DNA from: a virus
Length of the DNA stretch: 64,000 bases
Virus record (IMG/VR): IMGVR_UViG_3300010354_000001
Span: 32,001-96,000 of that record
Reading direction: 5' to 3' (one strand)
Shown here: positions 62,836 through 64,000 of the stretch, in pieces
How the letters are laid out: the number at the start of each line of letters is the position of its first letter
Position numbering within the stretch: position 1 is the first letter of the stretch
Translations under genes and position numbers: made by a program
The notes under the pieces: model-generated
The model's database searches: none
What the model saw: only the letters and a program-made list of their open reading frames with translations
What the model was told of the DNA's origin: nothing

Positions 62836-63045
62836 TTACAGTAAATCCACAGGCTGGAGACCAAGTGCCTTAGCAATCTTCTCAATGTTTAAAAGAGTAA
62901 TATTCTTTTCTGCACGTTCAATCATGCCAATATAAGTACGATGAAGACCTGCACGCTCAGCTAACTCTTCTTGGGAGATGCCGAGTTTTAAACGCTCTTC
63001 TTTTACTCTATTGCCAAAAGCTTCTAGTATCTTCGACTTAGACAC
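62836..63045 (-). CDS. XRE HTH controller (C) protein
   Basis: SQEELAERAGLHRTYIGMIERAEKN; directly upstream of the REase. Confidence 0.85.
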   Translation of the reverse strand: MSKSKILEAFGNRVKEERLKLGISQEELAERAGLHRTYIGMIERAEKNITLLNIEKIAKALGLQPVDLL

Positions 63046-63112
63046 GAGTAAAAGTATAAAGTGTAGATGACTATGATTCTACATACTACGATTAGCTACA
63101 AATGTATATGTT

Positions 63113-63577
63113 TTATAGTAAAGTTAAAATCCTGCTAGTTCCAGTAATAGTAGACCATTTTGCGTGTTCAGTGGATACCAAAGACTCGACCCTCTCAGAT
63201 AACATTACCCACGGCTCTAAAGAGCCAGTGTAAGCCCCTGCTTTACTGTTATATAGCTCTTTCTCGTGCCTTAAAGCCTCACAAGTTGAACGGTAGGTCA
63301 TCCAGTTGTTCTGGTACTGATTTAAGTGTGATACAGATTCCAGTGTAGTAATAACTATCCCTAAGATGCTTAATACCGATATTATATATGCTGGGTCTAT
63401 ACTCAATCGTAATGCCCCTATGATTCCAATAGATGCTGAAATTAGTAATTGGGCAAATTTTATCTGTTTATAGCGTTTTTGGTTAAAAACGCTTTTACTG
63501 TCATACCAAGAAATTTGATTTTCTAGCCTTTCATAGGCTATTTGTTCAGGAAGTCTTGTATTGTCTGAATATTCCAT
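63113..63577 (-). CDS. SLATT/DUF4231 two-TM protein
   Basis: RLENQISWY, two TM, W..YRSTCEALRHE. Confidence 0.8.
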   Translation of the reverse strand: MEYSDNTRLPEQIAYERLENQISWYDSKSVFNQKRYKQIKFAQLLISASIGIIGALRLSIDPAYIISVLSILGIVITTLESVSHLNQYQNNWMTYRSTCEALRHEKELYNSKAGAYTGSLEPWVMLSERVESLVSTEHAKWSTITGTSRILTLL

Positions 63578-63930
63578 TTATAAATTGTACCCCCTAGCTC
63601 TTTGACAATACTCGGATGTACCACGCTTCCAACGGTGTCTTTCGTGGCTATGAATAGTATCGCATTGCCTTGTCTATGGGATTCCCTAACTTCCCACTCT
63701 ACCCAATGACTACTTGCCGTAAACGAACTTACCAAGCATACAGTTTTAGATGATCTAGTTATTTTTTCCTTTACCTTACTCTTAATATATGGTGCATTAT
63801 CGCTATTAAAAGGGGTTTTAACAGACTCATCATAAAAATCAATATCTACGTTTGGATTAAGACCCAACAATCTAAAACCTCTTGCGTGGTCAATATCTTC
63901 ATAAGTAAAACTCAAAAAAACTCTCTTCAT
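63538..63930 (-). CDS. TIR domain protein (ThsB/DUF1863-like)
   Basis: RVFLSF.YED, YIKSK, S.WVEWE (catalytic Glu). Confidence 0.82.
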   Translation of the reverse strand: MKRVFLSFTYEDIDHARGFRLLGLNPNVDIDFYDESVKTPFNSDNAPYIKSKVKEKITRSSKTVCLVSSFTASSHWVEWEVRESHRQGNAILFIATKDTVGSVVHPSIVKELGGTIYKWNIQTIQDFLNK

Positions 63931-64000
63931 CGAAAGTATATTTTAGCTGAGTTGTTGGAGGTTTTGTCTATAATAAAACCTAGTGGGTTAGTTTATCCAT

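Noticed and set aside
295-63348. Numerous short antisense ORFs inside major genes (e.g. 295-612, 3242-3508, 51115-51453, 54046-54399)
   Set aside because: Opposite-strand shadows with no motifs
1-64000. Stop-codon recoding
   Set aside because: Known genes are full length in code 11 and TAG, TGA and TAA all terminate genes; no suppressor tRNA seen

Overview
AT-rich segment of a large tailed dsDNA phage, read in standard code 11. It encodes a terminase large subunit, two sigma70-type factors, RecA-like and resolvase genes, DNA ligase, ThyX, class Ia RNR with an intein in each subunit, two GH24 lysozymes, three canonical tRNAs, and six DNA-modification enzymes. A gene-poor, repeat-rich zone spans about 16.9-25.6 kb. 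Two systems stand out. (1) A Ro60/TROVE-like (DUF2828-type) gene is followed directly by four non-coding RNAs: two YrlA-like circularly permuted tRNA mimics, one mini RNA displaying a tRNA-Lys(UUU) anticodon loop, and one tRNA with an aberrant anticodon arm. Three of the four share a 7-bp terminal stem plus an ACAGCA motif, and the genome also carries several RNA-repair enzymes. (2) An intact TnpB and its omega-RNA-like scaffold lie between ~27-bp terminal inverted repeats of IS1595/ISNha5 type. A tnpB-less MITE copy has a perfect 8-bp target-site duplication, and a third scaffold copy has compensatory base changes. The right end of the window holds an internally deleted IS1595 transposase followed by defence cargo (BglII-like R-M with C protein, and TIR + SLATT). 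All calls come from reading motifs by eye; no database search was run.
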